64,000 nucleotides of DNA from Smithellaceae bacterium (GCA_963667845.2 CAXXVL010000002.1:3232001-3296000), one strand, 5' to 3'; shown: positions 9,637-23,720, counted from the stretch's first letter. Translations and numbers: made by a program. Notes: generated by a model not told the origin, from the letters alone.

Positions 9637-10851
9637 CTAATTTTTATTCTTCATCATCTTCTGAATGCGCAGACGCAGACCATTGAGCCGAATGAAACCG
9701 ATCGCGTCCTTCTGGTTATAGACTTCGTCTCTTTCAAATGTGGCAAAGGCTTCGCTGTAAAGCGAATAAGGCGATTTACGTCCGACGACAACACAATTGC
9801 CTTTGTAAAGTTTGATCCTTGCCGTCCCTGTGACATTCTCCTGCGTTGCATCAATGTAAGTCTGAAGCGTTTTCATCTCCGGCGCATACCAGAAGCCGTT
9901 GTAGGCCAGTTGCGCGTATTTGGGAATCAGCGAATCCCGCATGAACATGACTTCGCGATCCATCGTAATGGATTCCACAGCGCGATGCGCCGCCCATAAG
10001 ACTGTTCCGCCGGGGGTTTCATAAACGCCGCGGGACTTCATGCCGACAAAGCGGTTTTCGACCATGTCCACCCGGCCAACGCCGTTCTTCCCGGCCAGGA
10101 TATTGATATGATCCATCAGTGTTGCCGGTGACATTTTCTTACCGTCGATGGCCACCGGATTTCCCTTGACGAAATCGATTTCCACATAGGTCGGCTTGTT
10201 CGGGGCCTTCTCCGGCGACTGGGTCAGCACAAAGATATTTTCCGGCGGTTCCGCCCAGGTATCTTCCAGAATGCCGCCTTCATGCGATATATGCAGGAGA
10301 TTGCGGTCGGAACTGTAAGGCTTCTTCTTCGTCAGCGGAACCGGAATCTTGTATTTCTTTGCATAATCGAACATGGATTCCCGGGAATCAAATATCCAGT
10401 TGTCGTCTTTCCACGCGGCAATGATATTGATGCCGGGGTTGAGCGCAATGTAAGTCAACTCAAATCGCACCTGATCGTTGCCTTTGCCCGTAGCTCCGTG
10501 ACACACGGCATCGGCGTTTTCCTTTTTGGCAATTTCGATTTGCCTTTTGGCAATGAGCGGCCGGGCCAGCGATGTACCCAAAAGGTACGTGCCTTCATAA
10601 ATGGCGTTGGCGCGCAGAGCTGGAAACACGAAATCGCGGGCAAATTCTTCCCGCAGATCTTCAATATATATCTTGCTCGCGCCCGTATTGATCGCTTTTT
10701 CCTCTAATCCGGTTAATTCTTCCTTCTGCCCGACATCCGCGGCAAAACAGATCACTTCGCATCCATACGTTTCAATCAGCCAGCGGACGATAACCGATGT
10801 ATCCAAACCGCCGGAATACGCCAATACTACCTTCTTAACTTTTTTCGACAC
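9637..10851 (-). CDS. argG: Argininosuccinate synthase
   Basis: [24 protein letters not shown]. Confidence 0.98.
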   Translation of the reverse strand: MSKKVKKVVLAYSGGLDTSVIVRWLIETYGCEVICFAADVGQKEELTGLEEKAINTGASKIYIEDLREEFARDFVFPALRANAIYEGTYLLGTSLARPLIAKRQIEIAKKENADAVCHGATGKGNDQVRFELTYIALNPGINIIAAWKDDNWIFDSRESMFDYAKKYKIPVPLTKKKPYSSDRNLLHISHEGGILEDTWAEPPENIFVLTQSPEKAPNKPTYVEIDFVKGNPVAIDGKKMSPATLMDHINILAGKNGVGRVDMVENRFVGMKSRGVYETPGGTVLWAAHRAVESITMDREVMFMRDSLIPKYAQLAYNGFWYAPEMKTLQTYIDATQENVTGTARIKLYKGNCVVVGRKSPYSLYSEAFATFERDEVYNQKDAIGFIRLNGLRLRIQKMMKNKN

Positions 10852-10864
10852 GATTTTCTTCCTC

Positions 10865-11773
10865 CTAAAGCAATATTTCTAAAACCGCCTTTTGAACATG
10901 CAGCCGGTTTTCCGCTTCAGCGATCACAACGGATTGCGGACCGTCTATGACGTCGGCGGTAATTTCCTCGCCGCGATGAGCAGGCAGACAGTGCATGACA
11001 ATGGCGTCTTCTTTGGCCACTCTTAAAAGCTTTTCGTTAATCTGATAATTTTTAAAGATCCTTTTTCGTTCCTGAGATTCGGCCTCCTGGCCCATGCTCG
11101 TCCAAACATCCGTGTAAAGCACATCGGCATCTTTCGCAGCATCAAAGGGATCGCGATACAATCTGACTTGACCTTTCCCGCTCATCTTACCCTCTTCAAG
11201 CAAACGATGGTCGGGATCGTAGCCTTCAGGACAGGCCAGCGCCATCTCGAACGGCAACCGTGCCGCCGCTTCGATCCAACTGTTAGCGACATTATTGCCG
11301 TCACCGATATAGGCGACTCTGACACCTTCATATGATCCCTTCTTTTCCCTGATGGTGAACAAATCCGCCAGAATCTGGCATGGATGCAGCAGATCCGTTA
11401 AACCATTAATGACAGGGATAGACGCATAGCGGGCAAGTTCCTCAACGCTTTCCTGGGCAAACGTTCGGATCATGATCCCGCTGAGGTAACACGACATCAT
11501 CCGGGCCGAATCCGCGAGTGTTTCGCCGCGCCCGATCTGCGTATCCCGCGAGTTCAGAAAGAGAGCAATGCCTCCTAACTGATACATACCTACTTCAAAA
11601 GATATCCTCGTCCGAGTGGAAGACTTGTCAAAAATCATGCCGAGAGTTTTGCCTTTAAGAGGCGCGTGTTCCTTCCCCTCTTTCAGCATTCTTTTGAGCC
11701 GGGCAGCGCGAAGCCAGATTTCTTCAAAATCCGCAGGAGCCATTTCTGCAAAACTCAACAGATCCTTTTTCAT
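10865..11773 (-). CDS. argF: Ornithine carbamoyltransferase
   Basis: [18 protein letters not shown]. Confidence 0.97.
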   Translation of the reverse strand: MKKDLLSFAEMAPADFEEIWLRAARLKRMLKEGKEHAPLKGKTLGMIFDKSSTRTRISFEVGMYQLGGIALFLNSRDTQIGRGETLADSARMMSCYLSGIMIRTFAQESVEELARYASIPVINGLTDLLHPCQILADLFTIREKKGSYEGVRVAYIGDGNNVANSWIEAAARLPFEMALACPEGYDPDHRLLEEGKMSGKGQVRLYRDPFDAAKDADVLYTDVWTSMGQEAESQERKRIFKNYQINEKLLRVAKEDAIVMHCLPAHRGEEITADVIDGPQSVVIAEAENRLHVQKAVLEILL

Positions 11774-12960
11774 TTCCCCTCCAAAACCGCATCCAGTATT
11801 CCGATCGCAATATCAATATCTTTTTGCGTAATGATCAGCGGCGGGACAAATCGCAGTGTTTTGCCCCCGGTGCAGTTGATGAGCAATCCCCGTTCCTGAC
11901 AGGCCCCAACGATATCGGCGCCCTCAACGGACAACGCGCAGGCCAGCATGAGTCCTCTTCCCCGGACACCGGAAATAATCGAATGCTTGGCTTTCAGGGC
12001 ATGAAGTTTTGCCAGAAAATAGCCGCCCATCTTCTGACAATTCTCCAGCACGCCCTCATCCAGCATCGTCTTTATCGTGGCTTTTGCCGCCGCCATGGCC
12101 AGCAGATTGCCGCCGAACGTCGACGCGTGATTGCCGGGGCTGAATGCTTTGGCGATTTCGTCAGTCGCCAGCATGGCACCCACCGGAAAACCATTTCCCA
12201 GGGCTTTAGCCAACGTCATGATGTCCGGCTTGATGCCGGAATATTCATAGGCAAATAATTTACCCGTTCGTCCGATACCGGTTTGCACTTCATCGACAAT
12301 CATTAAAATCTTATGCCTGTTGCAGATTTCCCTGACCTCGGCCAGATACGCTTCGTCGGGAATGATTACCCCGCCCTCCCCCTGAATCGGTTCAAGCATG
12401 ATGCCGCAGGTTTTGGGTGTGATGGCCGCCTCCAGTGCCGCGGGATCGTTAAACGGTACGTATCGGAAACCATCCAGAAGCGGTGTAAACCCGAACTGAA
12501 ACTTCTCCTGCCCTGTTGCCGTGATGGTCGCCATGGTCCGCCCATGAAAAGAATCCTTCATCGTGATGAGCTCAAATCTGTCCGCGCCCATGTTCTCGTG
12601 AGAATATTTTCGAGCGAGTTTGATAGCCGCCTCGTTGGCTTCCGCACCGCTGTTGCAAAAAAAGACTTTGCCGGCAAACGAATGCTTCGTCAGAAGCCGG
12701 GCGACTTCCCCTTGCGGTTGCGTGTAATACAAATTGGAAACATGCGTCAGATCTTTAACCTGCTTTCTGATGGCTTTAACAACATTTGGATGGGAATGCC
12801 CCAGATTACAGACGGCAATACCCGCAACAAAATCGAGATATTCTTTTCCGTTGGCGTCCCAGACCCGCGCCCCCTCTCCTTTTACGAGAGCGATCGGAAC
12901 GCGCCTGTAGGTATTCATGATATTATCATCGGCCAGAGCCTTGATCTTTTTTTCATTCAT
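11770..12960 (-). CDS. argD: Acetylornithine aminotransferase
   Basis: NSGAEANE, FHGRT, DEVQTG, LAKALG; arg operon context. Confidence 0.95.
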   Translation of the reverse strand: MNEKKIKALADDNIMNTYRRVPIALVKGEGARVWDANGKEYLDFVAGIAVCNLGHSHPNVVKAIRKQVKDLTHVSNLYYTQPQGEVARLLTKHSFAGKVFFCNSGAEANEAAIKLARKYSHENMGADRFELITMKDSFHGRTMATITATGQEKFQFGFTPLLDGFRYVPFNDPAALEAAITPKTCGIMLEPIQGEGGVIIPDEAYLAEVREICNRHKILMIVDEVQTGIGRTGKLFAYEYSGIKPDIMTLAKALGNGFPVGAMLATDEIAKAFSPGNHASTFGGNLLAMAAAKATIKTMLDEGVLENCQKMGGYFLAKLHALKAKHSIISGVRGRGLMLACALSVEGADIVGACQERGLLINCTGGKTLRFVPPLIITQKDIDIAIGILDAVLEGK

Positions 12961-12978
12961 CGTGGATTCTTCCTTTTC

Positions 12979-15278
<2,300 letters not shown>

Positions 15279-15293
15279 CTTTTAAACAGCTCC

Positions 15294-15869
15294 TTACTTT
15301 TTGTTCTTTTTGACTTCTTTGGGCTTTTCGCAATTGAGATCAATCTCTTCAATCGTAATATGATCATTGGTATAAATACAAATTTCCGAAGCGATCTTCA
15401 TCGACTCTTTGGCGATTTCAGTGGCGGATAGAGTGCTGTGCTTCACCAGTGCGCGCGCCGCCGCCTGCGCAAAGGCGCCGCCGGATCCGATAGCCATGAC
15501 ATCATCATCCGATTCGATAACATCGCCGTTCCCGGAAATGATCAGGGAATAATCTCGGCTCACCGCAATCATCAGGGCTTCCAGATGTCGCAGCACCCGG
15601 TCTGTCCGCCAATCTTTGGTCAGTTCGACCGCCGCACGCAGCAGATTGCCGTTGTATTGCTCCAGTTTCTGGTCGAACCGGTCAAACAACGTAAAGGCGT
15701 CCGCCGTCGCCCCCGCGAATCCTACAATCACTTCGTCGTTATAAAGCCTGCGCACCTTGCGGGCTCCGTGTTTCAATATTGTCGTATCCAATGTCACCTG
15801 ACCGTCGCCGGCTACGGTGATTTTATCGTCCTTCTTAATGGCCAGTATGGTTGTGCCTCTAATATGCAT
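15294..15869 (-). CDS. hslV: ATP-dependent protease peptidase subunit
   Basis: TTILA, GDGQVT, IGSGG. Confidence 0.97.
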   Translation of the reverse strand: MHIRGTTILAIKKDDKITVAGDGQVTLDTTILKHGARKVRRLYNDEVIVGFAGATADAFTLFDRFDQKLEQYNGNLLRAAVELTKDWRTDRVLRHLEALMIAVSRDYSLIISGNGDVIESDDDVMAIGSGGAFAQAAARALVKHSTLSATEIAKESMKIASEICIYTNDHITIEEIDLNCEKPKEVKKNKK

Positions 15870-15960
15870 TTTCTCTCCCTGTAATAAGATCTTTCAATTC
15901 TTCCCAAATCTTTGGGATCCATTCGACCAAGCCGTTCACTACAACCGCACCGTAAGCGGG

Positions 15961-16887
15961 TCAGTCTCGTTTGTTCTTCGCCCTTGGATGGGCTTTGTCA
16001 TACACTTCCATCAGACGGCTGATATTAACCGCCGTGTATTTCTGCGTTGTCGAAAGACTCTCATGTCCCAGCATTTCCTGGATCGACCGTAAATCAGCTC
16101 CTGCGGAAAGCAAGTGCGTGGCGAAACTGTGGCGAAGTGCGTGCGGACTGATCTTCCGTCCAATACCGCTCTTGATCGTGACCGCATCCACAATGCGGGC
16201 AATGCTTCTGGTTGTAATCCTTTTGCCGCGCGAATTCAGAAAAAGGGCTCCGCCTGATGAATCCGCGAGAAACTCTTTCCTGACATTCGCCGTCGCGGAC
16301 AGATATCTATCGATGGCGTTCAGCGCCTGCGCTCCCACAGGAACGATTCTTTCTTTCTTCCCCTTACCGCGCAGTTTGACCAGCGCCCCGTTGAAATTAA
16401 TATCTTCCTTATCCAGTCCGGCGAGTTCTGCCAACCTGAGTCCCGACGAATAGAACAACTCGAGCATCGCCCGGTCGCGCAGGCCGGCTGCGGAATTATT
16501 GCTTCCGGAAGCGTCCAGGAGCGCAAACGCTTCATCTACCGACAAGAAAGTCGGCATGTACTTCTCCATTTTTGGAGTCTGAACAGCCTGAGCCGGATTG
16601 GTTTTAATCCTTCCTTCGCGCAGCACATATTTGTAAAACGCCCGCAGGGAAGATATCTTGCGGTTGATGGATACTTTTTTTAACTTCCGGCTGTGCAGAT
16701 AAGCCAGATAACCACGCATGGTATCCGTGTTTACATCCAGCAACGTCGTGTGTGCCGATATACTGTCCCTGCTTTGCAGGAATTCATTAAACTCCTCGAT
16801 ATCCGTCAGATAAGCCACGCGGGTATGTTCCGATACATTGCGCTCCACATCCAGAAATGTTCGAAAATCAGCGAGCAGATCTTTCAT
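15961..16887 (-). CDS. xerC: Tyrosine recombinase XerC
   Basis: GLRLAEL, HALRHSFATH, LGH...TTQKY; xerC-hslVU synteny. Confidence 0.9.
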   Translation of the reverse strand: MKDLLADFRTFLDVERNVSEHTRVAYLTDIEEFNEFLQSRDSISAHTTLLDVNTDTMRGYLAYLHSRKLKKVSINRKISSLRAFYKYVLREGRIKTNPAQAVQTPKMEKYMPTFLSVDEAFALLDASGSNNSAAGLRDRAMLELFYSSGLRLAELAGLDKEDINFNGALVKLRGKGKKERIVPVGAQALNAIDRYLSATANVRKEFLADSSGGALFLNSRGKRITTRSIARIVDAVTIKSGIGRKISPHALRHSFATHLLSAGADLRSIQEMLGHESLSTTQKYTAVNISRLMEVYDKAHPRAKNKRD

Positions 16888-16890
16888 GCT

Positions 16891-17391
16891 TCACATCTTG
16901 TATTTTCCGAAATCTTCGGCTGATAAATTTTCCAGAAATTCTTTGATCTTATCTTCCTTAAACTTGTCGATATCGGTAAGCTTCATCCCGAAATCGATGT
17001 TTCGGGATTTCTCCAGCACGCTCTCTTCCACAAAAATGGACGCTTCAGCTCTCAGTGCCAATGCAATGGCATCGCTGGGCCGCGCGTCGATAGTGTATGT
17101 TTGCCCTTCTCTGGTCAGGTAAACGCTGGCAAAAAATGTATTATTCCGAATATCGATAATTTCAATGCGATTGACCGTAACGCCCAGCGCCTTGATGCAT
17201 TCGTATAACAGGTCATGCGTCATCGGCCGCGAAAAAACAACATGCTCCAGTTCCGTAGCGATGGCGCTCGCTTCAAATAAACCAATCCAAATAGGGATGG
17301 CCTTGCTTTCCTGCATATCTTTCAGGATGACAATAGGTGTATTGGTGATCGGATCAAGTGTCAACCCCGATACCTTCATCTCCAGCAGCAT
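16891..17391 (-). CDS. Bifunctional nuclease family protein (DUF151)
   Basis: IPIWIG..EA, RPMTHDL, DARPSDAIALA; AGGAGG before the ATG at 17391. Confidence 0.9.
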   Translation of the reverse strand: MLLEMKVSGLTLDPITNTPIVILKDMQESKAIPIWIGLFEASAIATELEHVVFSRPMTHDLLYECIKALGVTVNRIEIIDIRNNTFFASVYLTREGQTYTIDARPSDAIALALRAEASIFVEESVLEKSRNIDFGMKLTDIDKFKEDKIKEFLENLSAEDFGKYKM

Positions 17392-18727
17392 CCCCAACCT
17401 CCTTAACGATCAATCTTTTTCCCCGCAGTGAATGCAAATACCCGCGTGTTATTTCCACAAGCACTTTTTCGCCGATTAACTCCGGACTGCCTTTAAAGTT
17501 CACTATTTTCCACGAACGTGCCCGGCCCATCATATCCTGTTCGGAATTTCTGCTTCGGCCTTCTACCAGGACTTCCTGGACGCTTCCTTCCAGTGCCGAG
17601 TTACTTTCCTGCGTGTGTCCGTCCTGCAGTGCCTGTAATTCCTTAAGCCGTCGTCGTTTTTCAGATTCCGGCACCTTGTCCGGCAGCGTCTGGGCCGCGG
17701 TTCCTTTACGTTCAGAATACTTAAACGAAAACACTGAATCAAACCTGATTTTTTCCATCATGTCAATGGTTTCTTGATAATCTTTGACTGTTTCCCCCGG
17801 AAATCCGACAATGATATCGGACGTAATACTGATTTGAGGACAGACGGCGCGCAAATGATCAATTTTCCGAAGATATTCCTCCGATGAATAACCGCGATTC
17901 ATCAGTCTTAAAATACGATTGGAACCGGACTGTACGGGAAGATGAATATGCTCACATAATTTAGGCACATGTGCAAAACAGTCAATTAACTCATCCGATA
18001 AATCTTTCGGATGCGATGTCGTAAAACGAATGCGTTCAATCCCGTTAATGCCGCTGATTTTCTCTATCAGAGAAACAAAATTACAGGCCTGTTTTAATTT
18101 CTTCCCGTATGAATTAACGTTCTGCCCCAAAAGGGTTACTTCCTTCACGCCCAATTTGGCCAATTCCCTCACCTCATGAACAATATCGTCGGGCATCCGG
18201 CTCATTTCGGGACCCCGTAGAAACGGCACAACGCAGTAAGCGCAATAATTGTCGCATCCCTGCATAATGGAAACAAAGGCGCATAAAGATCGTTCCGGTG
18301 GCGGCGCAAAAATATTAAGCGAATGAATGCTGGAAGAAAAATCGATCTGGGTGACTTTCCTTCTGTTCTTCGCTACGGAGGCAATCATTTCCGGCAATCG
18401 ATGGATGTTATGGGTACCGAAAACCAGATCAACGCCTTTCACTCGGGCGAAAACTTTCTTGCCCAGATGCTGCGCCAGACAGCCGGCAAAGCCGACGATC
18501 AAATTCGGATTCTCTTCTTTCAACTTCATCAGTCGTCCCAATTCACTGAAGGCCTTTTGCTCCGCTTTTTCCCTGATGGAACAGGTGTTGATCAGAATCA
18601 GGTCCGCTGTTGCGGGCTCGTCGGTCAAATAATATCCGATACTTTGAAGCAAAACAGCCATTTGCTCCGAGTCATGCACATTCATTTGGCAGCCGAATGT
18701 TTCGATATATAAACGCTTATTTTGCAT
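17354..18727 (-). CDS. miaB: tRNA-2-methylthio-N6-dimethylallyladenosine synthase
   Basis: TFGCQMN, NTCSIREKAE, GCDNYCAYC, TRAM domain. Confidence 0.97.
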   Translation of the reverse strand: MQNKRLYIETFGCQMNVHDSEQMAVLLQSIGYYLTDEPATADLILINTCSIREKAEQKAFSELGRLMKLKEENPNLIVGFAGCLAQHLGKKVFARVKGVDLVFGTHNIHRLPEMIASVAKNRRKVTQIDFSSSIHSLNIFAPPPERSLCAFVSIMQGCDNYCAYCVVPFLRGPEMSRMPDDIVHEVRELAKLGVKEVTLLGQNVNSYGKKLKQACNFVSLIEKISGINGIERIRFTTSHPKDLSDELIDCFAHVPKLCEHIHLPVQSGSNRILRLMNRGYSSEEYLRKIDHLRAVCPQISITSDIIVGFPGETVKDYQETIDMMEKIRFDSVFSFKYSERKGTAAQTLPDKVPESEKRRRLKELQALQDGHTQESNSALEGSVQEVLVEGRSRNSEQDMMGRARSWKIVNFKGSPELIGEKVLVEITRGYLHSLRGKRLIVKEVGDAAGDEGIGVDT

Positions 18728-18777
18728 ATTGATCAGTCAATTCACACGGAAATTAATATGGAAAAAGGATTAGTATG

Positions 18778-19638
18778 TCACAGGATGTTAGTCAATCGAT
18801 TTTTCAGAATGTTGCTTAAACTTCCAAACTCAAAAAGGGACAGGGTTTCGCCTCTTCTTTTGCCGTCAATGCCGGCTTCGCAGAGCGCTGATTTTAGATC
18901 CGCGTCGGATATCGTTTTCAAGAATTCAGAGTTTTTTAAATTATTGCTCAGCATTTTGCGACGCTGGGCAAACGACGCTTTGACCAGACGATTGAAGAGA
19001 ATTTCATCCGACAATTCCACCCGTGCGGCACTCCGGAATGAACCTCTGAGTATCGAAGAATCCACTTTCGGCGCGGGATAGAAACAGGCGGCCGAAACAT
19101 CAAAGAGCCGCTCCATATCCGCATACATTTGAAACAATACGGAAGGTATGCCATAGGTTTTATGACCGGGCAACGACACCAGCCTTTCTACAACTTCTTT
19201 TTGCAGCATCAGTGTAAAATCGCTGATCACGGACCGGTTAGACAGTAAATTAAAAATAAGAGGACTGGAAATGTTGTACGGAACATTACCGATAACTTTA
19301 AGTTTTGAACCGTACTTATCTGATATTGAAACGAAATCTAGCTTCAATATATCACATAAACAGACTTCTACATTCGAGAATTCACCGCGTTGGTCCTGAA
19401 GGACGGCCACCAGCTGGGGATCGATTTCTATGGCAACAACTTTCCTGGCAATCTGTGCAATATACTTTGTCAGGACCCCGATCCCGGCACCTATTTCCAA
19501 AACGATGTCATCCGGACTAATTCTTCCTGCCCGGACAATCCTGTGGATAGTGTTCACGTCGACCAGGAAGGACTGACCCAGCTTTTTCTTCGGCTTAATT
19601 CCATACCGGCGTAAAATTTCTTTGGGTGTTGGCATCAT
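18778..19638 (-). CDS. rsmA: 16S rRNA dimethyladenosine transferase
   Basis: KKLGQSFL, EIGAGIG, GNVPYNIS; start revised to MMPTPK. Confidence 0.95.
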   Translation of the reverse strand: MMPTPKEILRRYGIKPKKKLGQSFLVDVNTIHRIVRAGRISPDDIVLEIGAGIGVLTKYIAQIARKVVAIEIDPQLVAVLQDQRGEFSNVEVCLCDILKLDFVSISDKYGSKLKVIGNVPYNISSPLIFNLLSNRSVISDFTLMLQKEVVERLVSLPGHKTYGIPSVLFQMYADMERLFDVSAACFYPAPKVDSSILRGSFRSAARVELSDEILFNRLVKASFAQRRKMLSNNLKNSEFLKTISDADLKSALCEAGIDGKRRGETLSLFEFGSLSNILKNRLTNIL

Positions 19639-19640
19639 TT

Positions 19641-20654
19641 TTATGAGACGTGCGCAGCTAAAGGCCAGCGCGATACGGCATTTAAATCCAACGAATCCGA
19701 GCGACCCGTTTTGAGCACGATCTCTCCCAGCACAGCAATCATGGCCGCGTTGTCCGTACATAAAACCATGGGAGGAATAAACAATTTCATGCCCGCTTGG
19801 GCTGTGGCATCGGCGAATCTCAAACGCAGGCGGCTGTTGGCGGCGACACCGCCGCAGACAACGATATCGGCAATATTATTTTTGCCCGCCCCCTTGAGCG
19901 TTTTCTCGACAAGGACATCGATAATAGCTTCCTGATAGCTCGCTACGACATCGGGTAATTCATCGGGGCTAAAATGTCCTCCCCGTTTTTTATACAAAGT
20001 CAGGAGTGACGTCTTCAACCCGCTGAAACTGAAATCGGGCGAATCTTTCATTGCCCGGGGAAATTCAAATGCGGCGGGATTTCCCGCCTTGGCCATTTTG
20101 TCGATCACCACTCCTCCCGGATACCCGAGATCAAGCAGCTTCGCGGCCTTATCAAAGGCTTCACCCGCAGCGTCGTCACGCGACTGCCCCAGCAGTTTAA
20201 AATCGTGATAATTATTAACCAGGTATACGTTGGTGTGCCCTCCGGATACGACCAGTGCGGCAAAAGGAAACTGCGGTTTTTTTTCAGCAAGGAAGGAAGC
20301 CATGATGTGACCTTCCAGGTGATTAACACCGACAAACGGAATATGAAGACCATAGGCCAGCGCCTTGGCTGTTGATAATCCGACAAGCAGTGAACCGATC
20401 AAACCGGGCCCACGCGTGACGGCAATTCCTTCTATGTCCGCGAGTGATATGCGCGCATCCGCAACGGCCTCCATAATCACCGGTGCAATCGCTTCAATAT
20501 GTTTACGCGAGGCGATCTCCGGAACAACGCCCCCGTAAATGCTGTGATCTTTTATTTGCGAAGCGATGATATTGGACAGGAGCTGTCCATCCCTCACAAC
20601 TGCTGCGGCCGTTTCGTCACACGATGATTCAATTCCTAAAACTAACAAATTCAC
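19641..20654 (-). CDS. tsaD: tRNA N6-adenosine threonylcarbamoyltransferase
   Basis: GIESSCDET, NHLEGH, VSGGHT, CTDNAAM. Confidence 0.97.
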   Translation of the reverse strand: MNLLVLGIESSCDETAAAVVRDGQLLSNIIASQIKDHSIYGGVVPEIASRKHIEAIAPVIMEAVADARISLADIEGIAVTRGPGLIGSLLVGLSTAKALAYGLHIPFVGVNHLEGHIMASFLAEKKPQFPFAALVVSGGHTNVYLVNNYHDFKLLGQSRDDAAGEAFDKAAKLLDLGYPGGVVIDKMAKAGNPAAFEFPRAMKDSPDFSFSGLKTSLLTLYKKRGGHFSPDELPDVVASYQEAIIDVLVEKTLKGAGKNNIADIVVCGGVAANSRLRLRFADATAQAGMKLFIPPMVLCTDNAAMIAVLGEIVLKTGRSDSLDLNAVSRWPLAAHVS

Positions 20655-20757
20655 TCCTTCGATAAATTACTTTACAAACGCTTAAAAAGGCTTATATAAA
20701 AGCGCCCGTGATTTGTAAACAAACTTTTACCAACACTTAATGATCGGACGACATTCT

Positions 20758-22350
20758 ATGGAAATCAAAACAGACTTCTTAATTATCGGCAGCGGCATTG
20801 CCGGCTTGAGTCTGGCCATCAAAGTGGCACAGCTCGGGACGGTAGCCATTGTCACCAAAAAAGAAAAATCGGAATCCAACACGAATTACGCTCAGGGCGG
20901 CATTGCCGCGGTCACCGACAAAACAGACAGCTTTGAAGAACACATCAGCGATACACTAGCCTGCGGCGCGGGGCTGTGCCAGAAAGAGGTCGTTGATTTT
21001 GTCGTTCGCGAAGCTCCGCCCCGCATTCGGGAGTTAATCGACTGGGGCGTCAATTTTACAAAATCCGAAACCCCGCCCCATCTTTACGATTTGGGTCAGG
21101 AAGGCGGGCATCATCGCCGCCGCGTCCTTCATGCCAAAGATCTGACCGGCCGCGAGATCGAACGGGCGCTTCACGAGAAGGTTGCAGCTCTCAAGAATGT
21201 CCAGATTTACGAAAATCATATCGGCATCGATCTCATCATCCAGAAGGATAGCGACGGACGGACGATTAACTGCCCGGGGGCCTATGTGCTCGATATTAAC
21301 AACGGCGAAATCCACACATACCGGGCCAAATATACCATTCTTTCCACGGGAGGCGCCGGCAAAGTTTATCTGATTACCACCAATCCCGATATTGCGACCG
21401 GCGACGGCATCGCCATGGCTTACCGGGCGGGTGCAAGAATTGCCAACATGGAATTCATTCAGTTTCATCCGACGTGTCTGTTCCATCCGGAAGCCAAAGC
21501 GTTTCTGATCAGTGAGGCCGTCCGCGGCGAAGGCGGGATTCTCAAATTGAAAAGCGGTGAGACTTTCATGGAGAAGTATCATCCGATGAAAAGCCTTGCC
21601 CCGCGGGATGTCGTGGCCAAGGCCATCGATACGGAAATCAAGCAGTCCGGCAACGAATATGTCCTTTTGGACATCACACATCACAGCCGTGATTTTCTGA
21701 TCAACCGGTTTCCCAACATTTATCACAAATGCCTGGAATACGGCATAGACATGGCCACGCAGCCGATCCCGATTGCGCCGGCCGCCCATTATATCTGCGG
21801 TGGTGTGGCCGTCGACCACTACGGCAAGACCTCCATTGACAATCTTTTCGCCTGCGGTGAAGTCTCCTGCACCGGCCTGCACGGCGCCAACCGTCTGGCC
21901 AGCAATTCGCTTTTGGAAGCTCTGGTTTACTCCCACCGGGTTTTTACAAAAATTTCGAAATCTTTCAAGCAAACGCAAATCAGCACGGTGCCGATCCGCC
22001 CCTGGGACCCCGGCGATTCGTCTGAAAGTAACGACAGCATTGTCGTCACCAATAACTGGGACGAAATCCGCCGGTGTATGTGGAATTACGTCGGCATCGT
22101 CCGGTCGGACAAAAGATTGGAACGTGCCGAGCGCAGAATTGACATGGTTCAACGGGAAATTGATGAATACTACTGGAATTATAAAGTGACCAAAGACCTG
22201 ATCGAACTGCGCAATATCACCACGGTGGCTAAACTGATTGTCCAGAGCGCCCTTTCCAGAAAAGAAAGCCGCGGCCTGCACTACACCATGGATTATCCGG
22301 ATTCGTCGGATTCCTTCCTGAAAGACACGATCCTGGTAAAAACAAATTGA
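20758..22350 (+). CDS. nadB: L-aspartate oxidase
   Basis: GSGIAG, YAQGGIA, QFHPT, LHGANRLASNSLLE, ESRGLH. Confidence 0.97.
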   Translation: MEIKTDFLIIGSGIAGLSLAIKVAQLGTVAIVTKKEKSESNTNYAQGGIAAVTDKTDSFEEHISDTLACGAGLCQKEVVDFVVREAPPRIRELIDWGVNFTKSETPPHLYDLGQEGGHHRRRVLHAKDLTGREIERALHEKVAALKNVQIYENHIGIDLIIQKDSDGRTINCPGAYVLDINNGEIHTYRAKYTILSTGGAGKVYLITTNPDIATGDGIAMAYRAGARIANMEFIQFHPTCLFHPEAKAFLISEAVRGEGGILKLKSGETFMEKYHPMKSLAPRDVVAKAIDTEIKQSGNEYVLLDITHHSRDFLINRFPNIYHKCLEYGIDMATQPIPIAPAAHYICGGVAVDHYGKTSIDNLFACGEVSCTGLHGANRLASNSLLEALVYSHRVFTKISKSFKQTQISTVPIRPWDPGDSSESNDSIVVTNNWDEIRRCMWNYVGIVRSDKRLERAERRIDMVQREIDEYYWNYKVTKDLIELRNITTVAKLIVQSALSRKESRGLHYTMDYPDSSDSFLKDTILVKTN

Positions 22351-22380
22351 TTCTTCCCTTTTCGGGTTGCCGGATATTCT

Positions 22381-22408
22381 GTAGGGAACGGTTGCGACCG
22401 TTCCCTAC
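22381..22408. repeat. GTAG-type REP-like perfect hairpin between convergent nadB and purB
   Basis: GTAGGGAACGGT-TGCG-ACCGTTCCCTAC, 12-bp perfect stem. Confidence 0.7.
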
Positions 22409-22424
22409 GCCTGCTGTTTGCCTT

Positions 22425-23720
22425 TCAAGATCCAAACACTCTGTTGAAGATAAAATCCAGGTTCTTCAGGAAATTATTAACGTTGAAAATCTGATCCAGG
22501 TCTTTTTCGCTCAGAGACTTCGTGACTGTTTCATCCTGCGATAGTAGTTTTCTAAATTCGATTCCTTCGTTCCATGACTGCATTGCATTCTTCTGCACAA
22601 CGGCATAAGCGTCTTCGCGCGTCGTTCCCTTTTCGATAAGGGACAGCAGGACCATTTGCGAAAAGATAACGCCGTGTGTCATATTGAGGTTAGCGATCAT
22701 CCGCTGGGGATAAACAACCAGCTTATCCATGAGTCCGGTGAAGCGCCCCAGCATAAAGTCCAGAAGGATTGTAGCGTCCGGTCCGATGACGCGTTCCACA
22801 GAGGAATGGCTGATATCACGCTCATGCCAAAGGGCAACGTCTTCCAGGGCCGCGACGGCATAGGAACGCACCAGTCTCGCCAACCCGGAAATATTCTCCG
22901 AAAGCACCGGATTGCGCTTATGCGGCATCGCGGAGGACCCCTTTTGTCCCGGTGAAAAATACTCCTCCACTTCGCGAACTTCCGTTCTTTGCAGCAGGCG
23001 GACTTCCTGCGCAAACTTATCCAGCGAGGAAGCGATGATGGCCAGAGTGGTGAAAAATTCCGCATGCCGGTCGCGCTGCACAATTTGCGATGATACGGGC
23101 GCAGGCTTCAGACCGAGCGTTTCACAAACATGCTCTTCAACAAACGGTTCGATAAAGGAAAAAGTACCCACGGCTCCGGCAATTTTGCCGTAGCTTACCG
23201 TTTCCTTCGCACGAACCAGGCGCGCCCGATTGCGTTCCATTTCCTGATACCAGAGCGCCATTTTCAACCCGAAGGTAATCGGTTCGGCATGAATGCCGTG
23301 TGAACGGCCTATCATCAGCGTGTTCTTATGTTCAAAGGCCCTTCTTTTCAGAACCTGGAGAAGCAGATCCATATCGTCTTGCAGAATCTCGGCCGCTTCC
23401 TTGAGCTGCACAGCCAATGCCGTGTCCAGAACATCCGAAGAGGTAAGTCCCATGTGAATGAACCGGCCGTCCTCACCGATCTTTTCCGTGAGGGAGGAAA
23501 CAAAGGCGATCACGTCATGCTTCGTTATTTTCTCAATTTCGTCAATCCGGTCCACGTTAATGGCTGCCTTGGCCTTGATGGTTTTCAAGGCCTCGGCCGG
23601 GACCTTGCCCAGCGTAACCATCGCCTCGCACGCCGCCACTTCCACGTCGAGCCATTTCTGATACTTGTTCTTCTGGCTCCAGATCGCCGTCATTTTTTCT
23701 CTTGAATATCTCGGAATCAC
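22425..23720 (-). CDS. purB: Adenylosuccinate lyase
   Basis: MIPRY, HDVIAF, GSSAMPHKRNP. Confidence 0.97.
   Translation of the reverse strand: MIPRYSREKMTAIWSQKNKYQKWLDVEVAACEAMVTLGKVPAEALKTIKAKAAINVDRIDEIEKITKHDVIAFVSSLTEKIGEDGRFIHMGLTSSDVLDTALAVQLKEAAEILQDDMDLLLQVLKRRAFEHKNTLMIGRSHGIHAEPITFGLKMALWYQEMERNRARLVRAKETVSYGKIAGAVGTFSFIEPFVEEHVCETLGLKPAPVSSQIVQRDRHAEFFTTLAIIASSLDKFAQEVRLLQRTEVREVEEYFSPGQKGSSAMPHKRNPVLSENISGLARLVRSYAVAALEDVALWHERDISHSSVERVIGPDATILLDFMLGRFTGLMDKLVVYPQRMIANLNMTHGVIFSQMVLLSLIEKGTTREDAYAVVQKNAMQSWNEGIEFRKLLSQDETVTKSLSEKDLDQIFNVNNFLKNLDFIFNRVFGS

Noticed and set aside
15961..16887. Tyrosine recombinase as a mobile-element integrase
   Set aside because: Sits in the conserved xerC-hslV-hslU context; housekeeping XerC
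21034..22281. 415-aa antisense ORF
   Set aside because: Shadow of nadB with no recognisable motifs
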